From contig NW_024704757.1 in NCBI RefSeq assembly GCF_018977255.1, forward strand, positions 12,648,001-12,712,000: DNA of 64,000 bases, in the 5' to 3' direction. Source of the stretch: Callorhinchus milii (taxonomy: Eukaryota). Each line of letters begins with the position of its first letter. Position 1 is the stretch's first letter. Shown here piece by piece: positions 1 through 12,565 of this stretch. The notes beneath the pieces are model-generated. The model worked only from the letters and a program-made list of their open reading frames with translations, did no database searches and was not told where the DNA came from. The position numbers and the translations under genes are program-made.

Positions 1-470
1 TCTCGTCCCAAGCCTCCAACGGGCCCTTCAGCACCAAATAGAACATAGCCGTTTTCAGGTTGTGAGAGGAGAGCACCGTGCTCCACTTGGCGGAGACTTT
101 CTTCCCCAGGTCCTTGCAGCCCACGTCCCGCAGTGCTTTCAGGACCTGGAGGCACTTCAGGTGGCACGAGTTGGCGGGAGTTTGCTCTTTGAGCCAGTTC
201 AGGAGCTTCTGCTCGTGTTTGGGCAAATAGACGCGCCAGAGAGCTTCTGGCTTTGCATGGGCGGGAGTGGACCCGGGTGGCTCTGGGCTCCGGGTCCTGG
301 TCCAGGGCTGAGCCACCAGGAAGACCGAATCGCCCACGTGCACAGCCGGGATCAGCCGGACGGACATGGCGATGTGACAGCAAACGTAGTCGGACTTGGG
401 CAGGAGTTTGAGGGTGAGGCTGTCGTCCTCCACAGACAGTGTCATGGAGCATCGTTCCTGACAGCGATAC
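1..470 (-). CDS. ITPRIPL2: ITPRIPL2 coding exon 2 (runs off window edge)
   Basis: Acceptor TTTCGCAG|G at 471/470. Stop-free frame YRCQERC..KSDYVCCHIAMSVRLIPAVHVGDSVFLVA..HEQKLLNWL..CHLKCLQVLKALRDVG..; phase 2 matches exon 1. Confidence 0.88.
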
Positions 471-475
471 CTGCG

Positions 476-910
476 AAACACACAACATATACAGTCAATC
501 CACTTTACACTGTATCCTGTGAAGAACTTTGAGACGTCTCGACCACGTGATCAGGCGCTGTGTCAAACTCAAAGCATTATAGTGGGGTCCCGTGAGGCAG
601 CGGTTGGCACCCTCTCGCCTCTGTTTACCCAGCGGGTAAGTAGGAACCCGGTTGTTAGTCGATTGGCGGTTCGCTTTTCCGGGGGGTAATGATACCTCCG
701 AAAAAACGAAACAAACAAATCCGGTCACGCAATCCGCAAGTGTTTGTGTGGGGACACTGCTGGGGGCAATTGGCTGCCGCGTTTCGCCCACGAAATACAC
801 AGTCAATCCACTTCACGAAGTGATCCTGCGAAGCAGTTCAAGACATCTCGACGACGTGCTAAGGCGCTGTACCAGACGCGAGGTTATTATCATCGTTATT
901 ATTATTATTA
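476..910 (+). mobile_element. Two tandem tRNA-SINE copies (3' fragment ~476-582, near-full copy ~583-910) filling the ITPRIPL2 intron
   Basis: Contain the blocks tacagtcaatccacttta, gtaggaacccggttgttagtcgattggcgg, gggacactgctg, aggcgct and an (ATT)n tail, shared with the SINE at 25200-25555. Confidence 0.85.
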
Positions 911-929
911 GGAATTATTTCCGATTTAC

Positions 930-1872
930 CTGATGACGCTCAGGCACCTTTGCATCTTGGCGTGGAACCACTTGAGCACCAGGGAGGAGGAGAGGGCCAG
1001 GCAGAGCGCCTTGTCAGGCCGAGGGGCACAGAAAGTGTGGCTGAAACTTTTGCAACGCTTGCCCCAACCCTCAGGCTTCTTGAAGCCGCCGGGGGGAGAA
1101 GAGGGGGAAGGAGGAGAAGAAGAAGAAGGAGGAGGAGAAGAAGGAAGAAGAAAGGGCTTGAGCTGACAAACAGCGGCTCCACACAAGTGCTGGGGGAGCT
1201 CTTGTGTGTCCCCCACGTTGGACTCCAACTCAAACGCGGGTTGAGGGCACCAGACCTGGGGCACTCTGATGGGGACGAGCAGGTCGAAGCCGTTGTGGGG
1301 GCTGTGGATTTTGTGCTGCTCGTAAGCGCTGCCGATCTGCACGAAGTCCCGCGGAAGGTCAGAGTCGAGTCCTCCTGGGCTTCGCGTTTGCCCACCCTGA
1401 CCAGCTGGCCGACGATCTGGGTGACGTGAGCCTTGCTGTGCCCCAGGACGTGAGGAGACACTTTCATCTGCTGGTCGTAGTAAGTCTCCAAGGCGCTCCT
1501 CCTCCCGTCCGGGCCGAGGTCAGGGCACGGGCAGTCGCCAGCCGGTACCTGGGCTCGTGGCTTCCCCGTCGGACTCGCCTGGAGTCTGGCGGTGATGGAG
1601 GAGGAGGAGGAGGTGGTGATGGAGGTGCGGCACTTGATGAAAGAGTAACAGACCAAGAAAGCGGCCGACAGGCTGAAGAGAGGCAAGGCACTGGCTTGGC
1701 TGTGGCTGTGACTCTGACCCTGACCCTGCCCCTGCCCGTCCAGGTCAATGTCCAGGGTTCCTTCCACTTGACCAGCCTGGCTCTTCAGGGCTCGATGCAA
1801 ACACAGCAGAGCTGTGCCACAGCAAGTGGCCAGCAGCCAGCACACCCTCACGCTCGGGGGATAAACCGACAT
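930..1872 (-). CDS. ITPRIPL2: ITPRIPL2 coding exon 1 (apparent 1-nt frameshift at 1348-1350)
   Basis: ATG at 1872 gives MSVYPPSVRVCWLLATCCGTALLCLH..LETYYDQQMKVSPHVLGHSKAHVTQIVGQLVR. After adding one G at CGC GGG|GAC it reads DFVQIGSAYEQHK..FDLLVPIRVP..SSSLVLKWFHAKMQRCLSVIR, matching recalled ITPRIPL2 motifs. Donor AG|GTAAAT at 930/929. Synteny with COQ7/TMC7. Confidence 0.88.
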
Positions 1873-2129
1873 CGTTGTCTCTCGTCCTTTTCTTTTGTTG
1901 GTTGCTGTCGCGACGAAATCAACCCATCGCTGTTTGGCAAAAAGGAAAAGAAGCCGACATCCATCCACGTGTGCGGCAATGAAAATCAAATCAAATCAAA
2001 TCAAAGCTCCCCCCCCCCCCACACCCACCCCCACCTCCCAATTAATTTCTTCCTGCAAAATGCAAACCACCCCTTCTTTCCTTTCCACCGTCCCAAGCTT
2101 GCAATCAACTTCACTTAAGTTCTTATTTT

Positions 2130-2530
2130 TTCCTTCTCTCTCTCTCTCTCTCTCTCTCCTTCTCACTTTCTCCCTCTCCTTCTCACTTTCTCTTTCTCCC
2201 ACTCTCGCTTCTCCTTCTCTCTCCCTCTCTTTCTCCCCCTCCTTCGCTTTCTCCCTCTCCTTCTCTCTCTTTCTCCCTCTCCTTCTCTCTTTCTCCCCCT
2301 CCTTCTCTTNNNNNNNNNNNNNNNNNNNNNNNNNNNNNNNNNNNNNNNNNNNNNNNNNNNNNNNNNNNNNNNNNNNNNNNNNNNNNNNNNNNNNNNNNNN
2401 NNNNNNNNNNNNNNNNNNNNNNNNNNNNNNNNNNNNNNNNNNNNNNNNNNNNNNNNNNNNNTCTTTCTCCCTCTCCTTCTCTCTCTCCCTCTCCTTCTCC
2501 CTTTCTCCTTCTCCCCCCTCTCTTTCCTCT
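2130..2530. repeat. CT-rich simple repeat spanning assembly gap (N 2310-2461)
   Basis: (CT)n and TTCTCCCTCTCC units on both sides of the N-run. Confidence 0.9.
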
Positions 2531-4023
2531 CGCTCTATCCCTCCAACTTCAACACATCATCCCTCTCGACCGTTATTTAGTGGTTAAAAACTTCCTCTTC
2601 CGAGGGAAACAGATTTGCGTCACATTTTAGCCATCAGCAGCGCAGAGGAAACTGAATTAAATGCCAACCTCCAACACAGCAGAAAGATTTCCACCCCCAA
2701 AAAAAAAATGACTTGGGAGTTTGCTGTAGGCGTAGCTCCTAACAGAAAGAACTTAACCCTTGCAAACACAGGGACAAGTTGGTGCTTTGTCGATGCTTAG
2801 CTTTATTCCTCATCTTAAGAGACATCATCACCAAAAACGCATCCTGGACTCCCAGAGAGAAAGAGAGAAAGAGAATAAAATCACTGAACTCTCACACACA
2901 CACAACCCCCCCTCCCCCCCACACGCAACACACACATAAAACTTTTGTTTTACAATATCTTAGCTGTTTTCTCTGTCACTTTCTGGGCTGCTGCAGTTAT
3001 ACTTCTGTGCCTTTCCACCTCCACCACCACCTCCCCGAATAGCTCAAGGCTGGTTTGGTGCTGAAACTAAAATCTTGCCACATCCAGCCAGTTCCTCTCC
3101 TTTCCTTTGTGTTCCTGGATCTGATTAACTCAGATCCTGTAATTGGTTCCAGGTTTACATTCAGCCGGAGAGACTTGTTTGCCAGAGTAATAATAATCAC
3201 CATCATCATCATCATCCTTTGCGTTCGATAATAGCGCTTTAGCATAGCGCCGAGACGTCTCTATAGATTCACAGGATTTTACTGTGTAGCGTAGTGACTG
3301 TGTGTTTTTTGTAGGTGAAACACGTCAGCCCATTTGCACACAGCAATGTCCCACAAAAAAACCCACCCTGAAGCGATTTTACCTGGGAGATCATTAGCGA
3401 GGACAGCGGGAGAAACTCCCTTTTCTTTTCGAATAGTGTCATGGGGTCTTTAACGTCCAATTTCTAGACAATGCAGCGTTCCTCCACCACCGCCCTGAAG
3501 TGTTTGTGATAAAGAAACTGCATTTGTTTAAGCGCAACGTTTGCCTATAAATACAATCGCTACACTTGACAGCAATTACTTGTGCAGCACTGAGGAGGTT
3601 TGACCCCCTTTATCAAACGCGAGAATTATTAGCTTCGTTATGAGAAAATCGAACGAGATATCAAACGTCCAGGAAGCATTCTGACACGATTCGATAGTGT
3701 GCAACATTGCTTGCGTCTGCAAGCTGAGGGGAAACCAGCGTTTTATCAGTGAACGAAAATAGCAGCTGGTAAAAATAAACCGCATTAAATGTTGCACTCA
3801 AAACATCGAACTTCAAAGTCTTTGAAGACCCCGATACCGATGTTAAGCCAGACTGGAAAATAAAATAAGAGTTGTTGACGTACTCAGAGAATGCACTAAA
3901 TACTCTAAGGATCTATCTTCTTCCGAGAGATCTATTAACTTAACAGAAGGCCCAGGTCTTCTGTTAATTTGATTCTCGTTTTTCATTCCATCTGAAATTT
4001 AGTTCTGCATTTTGTCACACATG

Positions 4024-4062
4024 CACACACACACACACACGCACACACACGCACACACACAC
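4024..4062. repeat. (CA)n microsatellite
   Basis: cacacacacacacacacgcacacacacgcacacacacac. Confidence 0.9.
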
Positions 4063-7000
4063 ATACATTCACAAACGCTTTTGGGAAGAGTGGTTTAGCA
4101 CTTTTTATCAGCACCTTAAAATTCATCTGTTTCCAGCATGGAATTATGGCTAATTATAGCTGAAGTTGAAATAGTCGGAAGCGTAGTTCTTTGTCAAACT
4201 GCATTTAAAACCTTTTATGAAACTGGGTGGGGTTTTCTGCCCAAGGGACTGTTTCCACATCCCAAGAACAATTATGTGCTGCCTTTAATTATGAGACTCA
4301 GCAAGGGCCCACGCAGTCAGAACCTGCAAAGTAACCGTTCCTGCCTGCCTGAAAGATCCATCGCAAAATCATTCTGGTCTTTTAAAAAGCCCCGTTTAAA
4401 ATGAGAGGGTGGCCATTAGAATCTCTTTTTAAAGTTAGAACCGAAATACATCGACCGAACACAATAAAAGGCCCTTGAATTTAAAATGAAGACGTGCGAT
4501 TAAAATGACGATTGTTGTAACTTGTGTGCTCGGGAAACGAGTTTCAAATAATGTTTTCGTTTGAAAAAGGAGTCTCCACGAGTGCTATTGGGCAGAGCTG
4601 AGCACTGGAACACCCGGATCCCTCCCACTGCCATTTCCCTGGGATGAGCTCAATTTAGGTCATGGGAAAAAAAAATCTTAGATTGAAACTCAGGGTAAGA
4701 ACGAGGTAAACATGTTCCAGTGCAGAACTCCCTCTGGACTTTCAAGACAACATTCGCAGCCCTGGTATTATCAAGGGATAAAAATCTGCCTGGATTCTCA
4801 CTGCGTTATACAAATATGCTGAAATTCTTAAGCTCCCATGCAAAGCTTGTTTAAAGGATCTCTCGCTAATGATTTCAGCTTCATGCCAGGAATTCCAGGA
4901 AAGCTCAGAATGACATTGGAGCAGCCGATGCTTCCTTCAAATAAGACCCGATTCGGGTTTTTAAGAGAACATCTGGAGCACGGTAACTGACTGCACTAAT
5001 CCAGCTGCGGAGCCATGTCAAAACTAAGAGGGCATTTCAGAGAGCCAGAGAGGAAATAAAATAAGAAATTTTCGTTCACCCCCATAGCTGGGATTAGCTG
5101 CCCTATAGTTGGGGGATTTGCAAGGTCAATTGATGGCATTTGGAATTTTCAGTTCGAGTTTTTACTCTGGTTTAAAGAAAGCAGAATATTGGGTGAAAAC
5201 AAGGATGTGCAGTTAGTGCAGTGATATTCCACCTCTATATCCTCATCATGGGATCACCACAAAACACCCGCTAAAACTGATCGTTGCTCCAAGGTGATTT
5301 GATTGGCAAATGCCGCATTGGGTTTAGGAACACCTCTGGGCGAAAAGATAATGGCGGAAAGAAAGGAAAGCATTTTGACATGGCTGCTGCGGCGAAGATT
5401 GATTGACAGCACGTGTCTTTCTTTGTGACACCCTTCGGGCAGAAAAGAGGAACCCATTCTTTTCAAAATTAGCTGAGAGCAAACTAATTTCTTCTCCTTT
5501 ATTTGGGGCGCTGATTTCACTAAACTACCCACCAGTTGTAGTTGAGTTGGTTTGGTGGCTGCCTACTCCCTCAGGGTCTCAGTGTTGCACTCAGAGATGA
5601 AGCCCCATGGCTCTTTTTCTTCCTGTGAGAAGCGTCAGGCTATAGCTTGGAGTGAACCTTAGTGATGTGGTTGACATCGGGCTTGGTACAGAGCTAGATT
5701 TACTGTTCTTTGGAACCAGACATTGGGGCTGAAACACACTGCAGCACTTTTATCACTTATAATAATACTTGCATTTGATATAACACCTCATCATGTCATC
5801 GGGCGGTGTCAATGCGCTTCACAGGATTTTACTGTAAAGCGTATTAGCTCTATTTGTAGGCGAACATGGCAGCTAATTTCTACACAGCGGTGTCCCACAA
5901 ACAGCCACGTAGTGAATGACTAATTATAATCACATATAGTAGTTTTGCACAGAGTTTGACACTGCCTTGTTTTAAGGCATAACATCACACAAATCATGTC
6001 CTATAAATGTGTGTTTCTGTGTGATACCACGCACTTCTTTTTCTATCATGTAAAACCGCTGCAGAAATATTGTGGCATTAATTTGACAGATTAATTAACT
6101 GTAACTCTCAATTTCAAATAACAAGAACATTGCTAAGATAGTAATGGAATCTTAAGATGTGCTTTCCTGAGGAAGAGAAAAATCCATTTTCATCTCAAAT
6201 TGAGGTAATTCAGCACTAATAAATCACTAATAAGTTTTATTTGAAATCATATAACAAGTAACAAACAAGGTTGTTAACAAGGAGGTTCTGAGTACATCTC
6301 TTTATAAATGCCTCCATCTGATTACAGTCAAATGAAACCAGAAATATACCGTTGCACATTGAAACACTCGAAACAACACAACACATTGTTTGATAACAGT
6401 GTACATTACAATATACCATACATGTTAATGCGAAGTATAGGTTTTTATTATGAGTATATTAATTAGCACATATTTTGTTTCATAATCAGTTTTTAAGGCA
6501 ATATCTTCACCGTTCAGAATGATCAGCCTTCAAATTATTTTAAACAAAATATTTCTAATCACTTACTGCAATGAGACGTTACGTGCACTAATGCAGAATG
6601 GTGCTCCCAGTAGCCTGTACAATTAGCTTTCATTTTGGCTTTTAACTTCAGAATCAAATCGTCCATTAAGAAAACAATAAGATGCCAGGAATAACATCAA
6701 TAATCCTTGCATTTGATATAGCGCCTTATCATGTCTTCAAGACGTCTCAAAGCGCTTCACAGAATATACTGTATCCGGTTACTTGAATATTACTTCAAGA
6801 CATGGGGTAAGAGTAGGGTATTGATTGAATGATATTTAGACACTAGTATTACAATTACATTTTCATGATTTCTTATTAGAGAGTCAATTCAGGGAGAAAA
6901 AATCAGTCTGTGTTTAATATAAGGCTTACCATTTCAGATGTTAATTAAATTCTATATTCCCTGATAACATGCTTTGGCCAGGGTACAGGTATTTCTGTGA

Positions 7001-7575
7001 GCATCTTGGCTCTCCCATCTCAAAGCAGCAAATGGTACATTACTACGCAAACTGCTCTGCAGAGATGCAAAGCGGTTTTATTGTACCCATCTAGCAGCTC
7101 ATAAAACCAGTAGAATTCTCACTGTGGTTGAATGCAAGTTAATCTGAGCAACAACAAGAAAACAAATGGAAGGAAAACATAAGACGGGATCAGCTGTTAA
7201 CTCTTTAACTCGCATCAGACTTCTTCAGTCCATTAAAACATGAATTCCAATGAGCGTACAGTTTAATTTGTTGATTGTGTCTAACGAACCGTGCAAATGC
7301 AGATCCAAGGATGATGTTTGGTGGAAGCGTTAAGCGTAAAGCCTTATCCTCACCGGCCCCAAGGTTGGGGGTAAAGAAAAGGCATCATGCTTCTAGCAAT
7401 GCTGAGTGGGAAACAAACAGTAATGCTAAAACCAGAATTAGCTCTGATAGCAGGGCAAGTATATCCAATGATCTCAGTTTGTTAACCAAGCAATGTGACA
7501 ATTGAAATCTATAGTTTTCACTGCAAACGTCATGGCACAGAAGAAAACACAGGAGATGGAATTGGTTTTAAGACT

Positions 7576-7879
7576 CTAGCCTCCATTACTAAGCATCCCC
7601 AGCAAATGATTGGGCTCCATTCCAAGCTGCTGCGCTATTCTCTGAACATCGAAGCCCATATTCATCAGAAGCTGAATCATGTTCACTTCCTGACCTGTGA
7701 CTGGATCACGGAGCGCTGGGCAGGTGGGGTTACAATGTGGCAGGCGGCACTGATCAATTAAATGGAAGGAGCAGTTTCTAGCGGGAGGTCTGGAGTTCTT
7801 GTTTTCTTGAAGACTTCGATCCCAGCACTGTAACGCTCTATTCAAGGAAATCCCTCGCACTTGAAAGTCCAGCCAGTTG
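7576..7879 (-). CDS. notum2: Notum2-like palmitoleoyl carboxylesterase, last coding exon (11)
   Basis: Acceptor CTTGTAG|C; NWLDFQVRGISLNRALQCWDRSL..CSFHLIDQCRLPHCNPTCP..RDPVTGQEVN..LGMLSNGG*, the Notum C-terminus. Confidence 0.9.
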
Positions 7880-8683
7880 CTACAAGGAAAATGTTGAAGA
7901 CACAATGCACAATATTTATTATTGTAATCCTAGGAATCCAGCACACGTTCAAAGCTTCCACCCTTTTTATTCAGAAAGTTGAAGTGAAACCATTTTGAAG
8001 GTTGGTGGTTCTGATATAGAAGGAGCCCTGACATGGCTGTTGACATGTATCTGTTTTAGACGAGTGGTGTTGTGTTCCGAGTTTTCAAGATGCAGTTTCA
8101 TCCAATCGTGCCATTCAGTAAATAGCTATAATTACTTAAATCGCCAAGATAGTTGTATTATTCTTAGTACACAAGGTAAGATTGAACTGGGAAAGAAACA
8201 AGTGGAGCTTTGGCTATTTCTGATGAGGGCATTTAAAGGAGTAGTTTATTATTCCTTATCCCACCTAGACTAGTTACACTGAGAACAAAGAAACTCTGGC
8301 AATGCTGTAAGTATTTCAATACAATTGTATAGTGTACAGCTTTATTTAGTCTCTGTAAGATCTTAGAACATTTTAATAAGAGGCATTTGTTAGTGTAACA
8401 TAATACTACATGTATAACACAAATTGTATATTTATTATAAAACGCAGTTTGAACGTAGCTATGGTTCAACACTAAACTGCAGAGTAACAGAGTTACTAAA
8501 GGTAAGACTTTTAAAACAGTGCAGCTATATTCTGACAGAATTTCCAACAGGGAAATATATCAACCCTATAAACACGAGTTAATTCTTAGCAGATGAATAA
8601 CTATTCTAGAATCCTTTACATCATAACTTTAAATTTGTTTTAGTATCTTAACACCTTACCTCTTAATTATATTAATATCTTAC

Positions 8684-8731
8684 CTTTTAGTGATCAGGGT
8701 GTGGGATAGACATGCCGGGGCGAACACAGCT
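8684..8731 (-). CDS. notum2: Notum2 exon 10 (catalytic His)
   Basis: 48 nt, AG/GT flanked, AVFAPACLSHTLITK. Confidence 0.9.
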
Positions 8732-10487
8732 CTAGAATGGAAATCATTAGAATTATAATGTGTGAATTATACATTACACAGTGAGTTCCAATAAGTGGCG
8801 ATTTCCAATAAGGAAAATAGAAGTAGGTCACTCTCTTCCTTGAGAGAACTCCACTCTGATGAGATTTACTTTCAGATCGGGTTTCCGCAACTCAACGTGA
8901 GGTACACCAGGTTACCAAAAGAGATCTCCACTCAGTTTTGTTACAAATAAATCCCATTAGAAATTATTGCACATTAGACCCCATAATAAACATTTCTAAG
9001 GCATTGGCATTCGCCCACAAAATACACAGTCCGTCCACTTTACAATATATCCTGTGAAATGCTTTGAGACGTCTCAATGACGTGATAAGGTGCTATATCA
9101 AATGTAAGGACTATTACTCTTGGAGTTACAAGGCCTGCAATTTTGCCTTGTCTCAGTCTGCAAGACCATCTGATCTTAAAATTTTTGATTGTGTAAAACT
9201 GGAAAACTCTTAAACTCAGTCCTAATGTGGTTGTTCACAGTTCTTAAAAATATTGCTTCCAAATTAAAGCTTGATTGAATAACTTCGTCAAAACTGCGCC
9301 CTACATTTTAAGGCAAAATAGTAGTAATCAGCTGAGTCTAAATTAAATTTCAGGCCTTCAGAGTCCTATATGTGAATACATAAATGTCTAGCCATTGAAT
9401 TTTGGATGTTAAAACAGGTATATTTTCTGGCACAGAAGGCAGGGCATGGAAGATGGAAAGTGGCCATATAGTGTGGGGAGCATGGTTCAATCTTTTAAAA
9501 TACATATTGTGCCTCCCACGTGCTGGAGAAATACACTGTTCTATTCAGAACAGGACTCTAGCCACGAGCAGTTTGACTAGTCTTCTGTTGTTGGTTGTCG
9601 AAAGATTCAAAATATGTTCTCGTTGCTTTCTATACAAATTAGCTTCAATGACTACATGAGATTGGAATGCAGTTATTGTGGGGGAACGCATCAGTAGATT
9701 AACAGAAAAAATGCATTCTGTGGTTTGAGCTCTGAGACCTGGGACTGAATCGAGCTTAAACTGATAGCATGTTTCTCTTTCTTTCCCTCTCTTTCTCTCT
9801 CTCTCTCTGGACTTGCTTCTTTCCCACCATTGTCAACCAATCTCAAATGAACGAGGCATGCTGCCCTGCGCTATGCATTGCTGCTATCAACATTATCTCC
9901 CAGCGCTATAATCTCCAAGCTTCCTCTGCTGAGGGTTCAAATTAAGAAATGGACAAACTGGAGTGACTCATCTCAGGATTTTTATGCCTAACCCTTCTCT
10001 CCTGCATTCAGAACCTGCCCGGTTTCTGGAGATATTTGCCTCAAGGAACGTTTGTGATGCTTCGCTACAGAGCAAAGGAGGAACATAATCATTCCCCGAA
10101 AAGTCTTTGCCTCATCATGCTTTTTCGCTTGCTCGGCATTTTACTCTGCAGTCATGATTTATATGGCAGGTCGTGAGTGCTACCTGCGTGTTGTTGCATG
10201 CTCCATGAATCCCCAATAACCTCGAGTCTCACAGATTAATCATTATCTTTATATTTGCATTTGGGAGGCATTTATTTGAACAGCGAGCCACCAGAGAAAA
10301 TTATTCCTATTCAATTCTATCTTGGTTGAATTTCGTCGCTGATGCAACACTGCAGTTTGATCCAATTCCTTTGAGTTTGTTGCCCAATAATGCAAAATAA
10401 TTATGCTTGGCATATGATTCCTCCTGCACTATCGTATTCATAATTGTCCACCTGTGCTCAGCTGCAATGTTATATCTAAGCACTTAC

Positions 10488-10635
10488 GAGACATCACGCA
10501 GTGAATTTCTGAGATCTCGGCCCAAATTCTGAATGTAGTTCCACTGACTTTCTGTGAGAGAATGGCTTCCCAGTTGAATGTTCTCAATTTTCAACTGTTC
10601 CTCGTCAAACAGCCACTGTACCACAAACACTGGGG
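10488..10635 (-). CDS. notum2: Notum2 exon 9 (catalytic Asp)
   Basis: 148 nt, [33 protein letters not shown]. Confidence 0.92.
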
Positions 10636-10709
10636 CTGAAAGAAAGTAACAATATTAAGCATTATCTGTTGCACACATTAGTTTGTAAATGTAGCTTTGA
10701 AAAGTTTTT

Positions 10710-11100
10710 AGTGACTCAGTGAGTGACTGATTAGTATGGGCCCAGGATGTGCCTAGGTTTGATTCCCAGTCTTTGAGTCCAGCGTGAAAGGCGCTATACG
10801 TATGTAATTTTGTTTTGGGATCTCAGTCAGAGTAACAGTTGTTGCATTGGCCAGGAAAGGGAAAATCAGACAGGGTTCCCACTCCAGCTCACTATCAAAG
10901 AACTTGCTGAGCATTGAGTGAGCACAGGATCAGGCTCAGATAAGATCCCTTCCTCTCTTCCCCAATCCCCTCACACGTTGAATAGCTTGCTGTCAAGACT
11001 CACAGATAAATAGTCTGTTTGTCACTCAGTCGCACTGTAACCCAGCAAATGAAAAAGAGTCAAATGCCTTCAGGAGGAAGGCAGTTGGAGGAAAATGTTC
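10710..11100 (+). mobile_element. Ancient degenerate SINE-like element with a short L2 tail nested at ~10785-10820
   Basis: Degenerate pol III-like head (gactcagtg..ggtttgattccc); body ggaaaatcagacagggttcc..acaggatcaggctcag resembles the reverse complement of 27780-28070. Confidence 0.5.
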
Positions 11101-11132
11101 AAGAAAATTGATAAGAAAATGGTTTTATTTAC

Positions 11133-11233
11133 ACGTTAGAGACGAGTACATCCTATGACCGAAGAAACACTGCCATTCATCTCCACGTCTGAACTGCTGT
11201 CTGCATCGTTCAGGAATAATGCCATTCCACAAC
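11133..11233 (-). CDS. notum2: Notum2 exon 8
   Basis: 101 nt, LWNGIIPERCRQQFRRGDEWQCFFGHRMYSSLT. Confidence 0.92.
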
Positions 11234-11587
11234 CTGCACAGAAATTCGTCATCAGCTCATTGAAAATACTTAGACTAAACAGATGTTACTTTGCTTCCGT
11301 AAGGCAATATAAAGTTGTCTACTGAATCATGTTCATCCTGACTTAAATCAATATTTTCCTAGATAGAAATAAAGCGGGTATCGATTAATTCTAACACTCA
11401 GCCTAAACTAATCAGTCTCTGATGAGGGAATTTTAACTCAGGCATCGGAGCTATATGGTGCTTAATGCCCAGTTTCTACTGCCCACTCTACATCACTTTG
11501 AATAGGGCTGAACTTTGGTGCATTGTGTAGAACAGAGGAATCGTGTGATTGCTTTTAATGTGCAATCAGCTCTTTATTAATCTCCTT

Positions 11588-11680
11588 CTGATGAGACGTT
11601 AAACCGAGTTCCTGTCTGCCTGGTCAGGTGGACTTTAGAGATCCCATGGGCACTACTCGAAAAAGAGAAGGGAGTTTCTC
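11588..11680 (+). mobile_element. DeuSINE-like core-domain fragment
   Basis: tgagacgttaaaccgag..caggtggac..gatcccatgg..gggagtt resembles the recalled Deu domain; similar pieces at 51220-51370 and 63555-63745. Confidence 0.65.
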
Positions 11681-11834
11681 TGTAACAAAAGGAGGATTCT
11701 CATCGTAAAGAGAAAAATAACATAGGGTACAGACCAGGACGTATTCTGATGCAGTTTAATAAATAATCCATTGAAATGTTATTCTCCCTTTCCTAGTCTT
11801 TTAATAATATAACATTTGCAATCTCTGGTTTTAC

Positions 11835-12023
11835 CTGAGCCCCTTTTTAATGACATCGTTAGGAGTGCAAGAGGCCACGTCTACACATTCAGCCTGCCGT
11901 TGTGGTTTGCTTTCGAGGAACCAGCCTGAGTCGACCAAACCCCGGACTTGCACATCAGCTCCCAGCTGTTCCAGCAGACTGGCCACTCGCTCAATGTTCA
12001 GCAGCACTCCAGTCCCACCAGCA
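11835..12023 (-). CDS. notum2: Notum2 exon 7
   Basis: 189 nt, (S)[34 protein letters not shown]. Confidence 0.92.
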
Positions 12024-12203
12024 CTGCAAACACACGACAAGCTTCAGAACTGCAATATACTTAAAGATCATTTGGGCTCGAGTATGGAAGAATGGTTGGA
12101 AGAGTCTTTTGCGACGAGGACCCACGAGGCACGATCAGAGTCAAAGTATTAAATAAGACATTTGAATGTGTTTAACACAAGGAAAATCGATTCGTTCGAA
12201 CTC

Positions 12204-12430
12204 CATCCCACAGTACCTCCGCCTCGCCCGCTCCCTTGGTTGCTTCAAGACCCGTCTCAAGACCCTTCTCTTCGACCGAGCCTTAGGTCACCCTCCTAAC
12301 CCTATCCTCCCCACCCTCCACCCTTCCTGATCCCAACCACCAGCTCAGATGCGGATCCCTGACTGTCCAGCGCCTTGGGACGTCCTCCTGACATGAAAGG
12401 CGCTGTACAAATGTAATGTGTTGTTGTAGT
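12204..12430 (+). mobile_element. L2 LINE 3' end fragment
   Basis: ttcaagacccgtctcaagacccttctcttcgac..gcgccttgggacgtcctcctgacatgaaaggcgctg..(GTT)n tail. Confidence 0.85.
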
Positions 12431-12565
12431 TAATTGCGTCTTTTATGGAAACTGACTGGAGGAGTTAAACAATGACGGCTTTGCACGATAAGTATAACTG
12501 ATCTTTTATCTGATCTTTCCTCGGAAAGCAAAGTGACGATTTTTATAAGTAAAAATCTTATTTAC

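Noticed and set aside
1873-1989. N-terminal extension of ORF 940..1989
   Set aside because: Starts at a non-ATG codon; homology begins at MSVY (1872).
62-2118. Plus-strand ORFs (156, 159, 230 aa) over ITPRIPL2
   Set aside because: Antisense shadows of a GC-rich coding sequence.
1895-2587. 230-aa ORF
   Set aside because: CT microsatellite plus N-gap.
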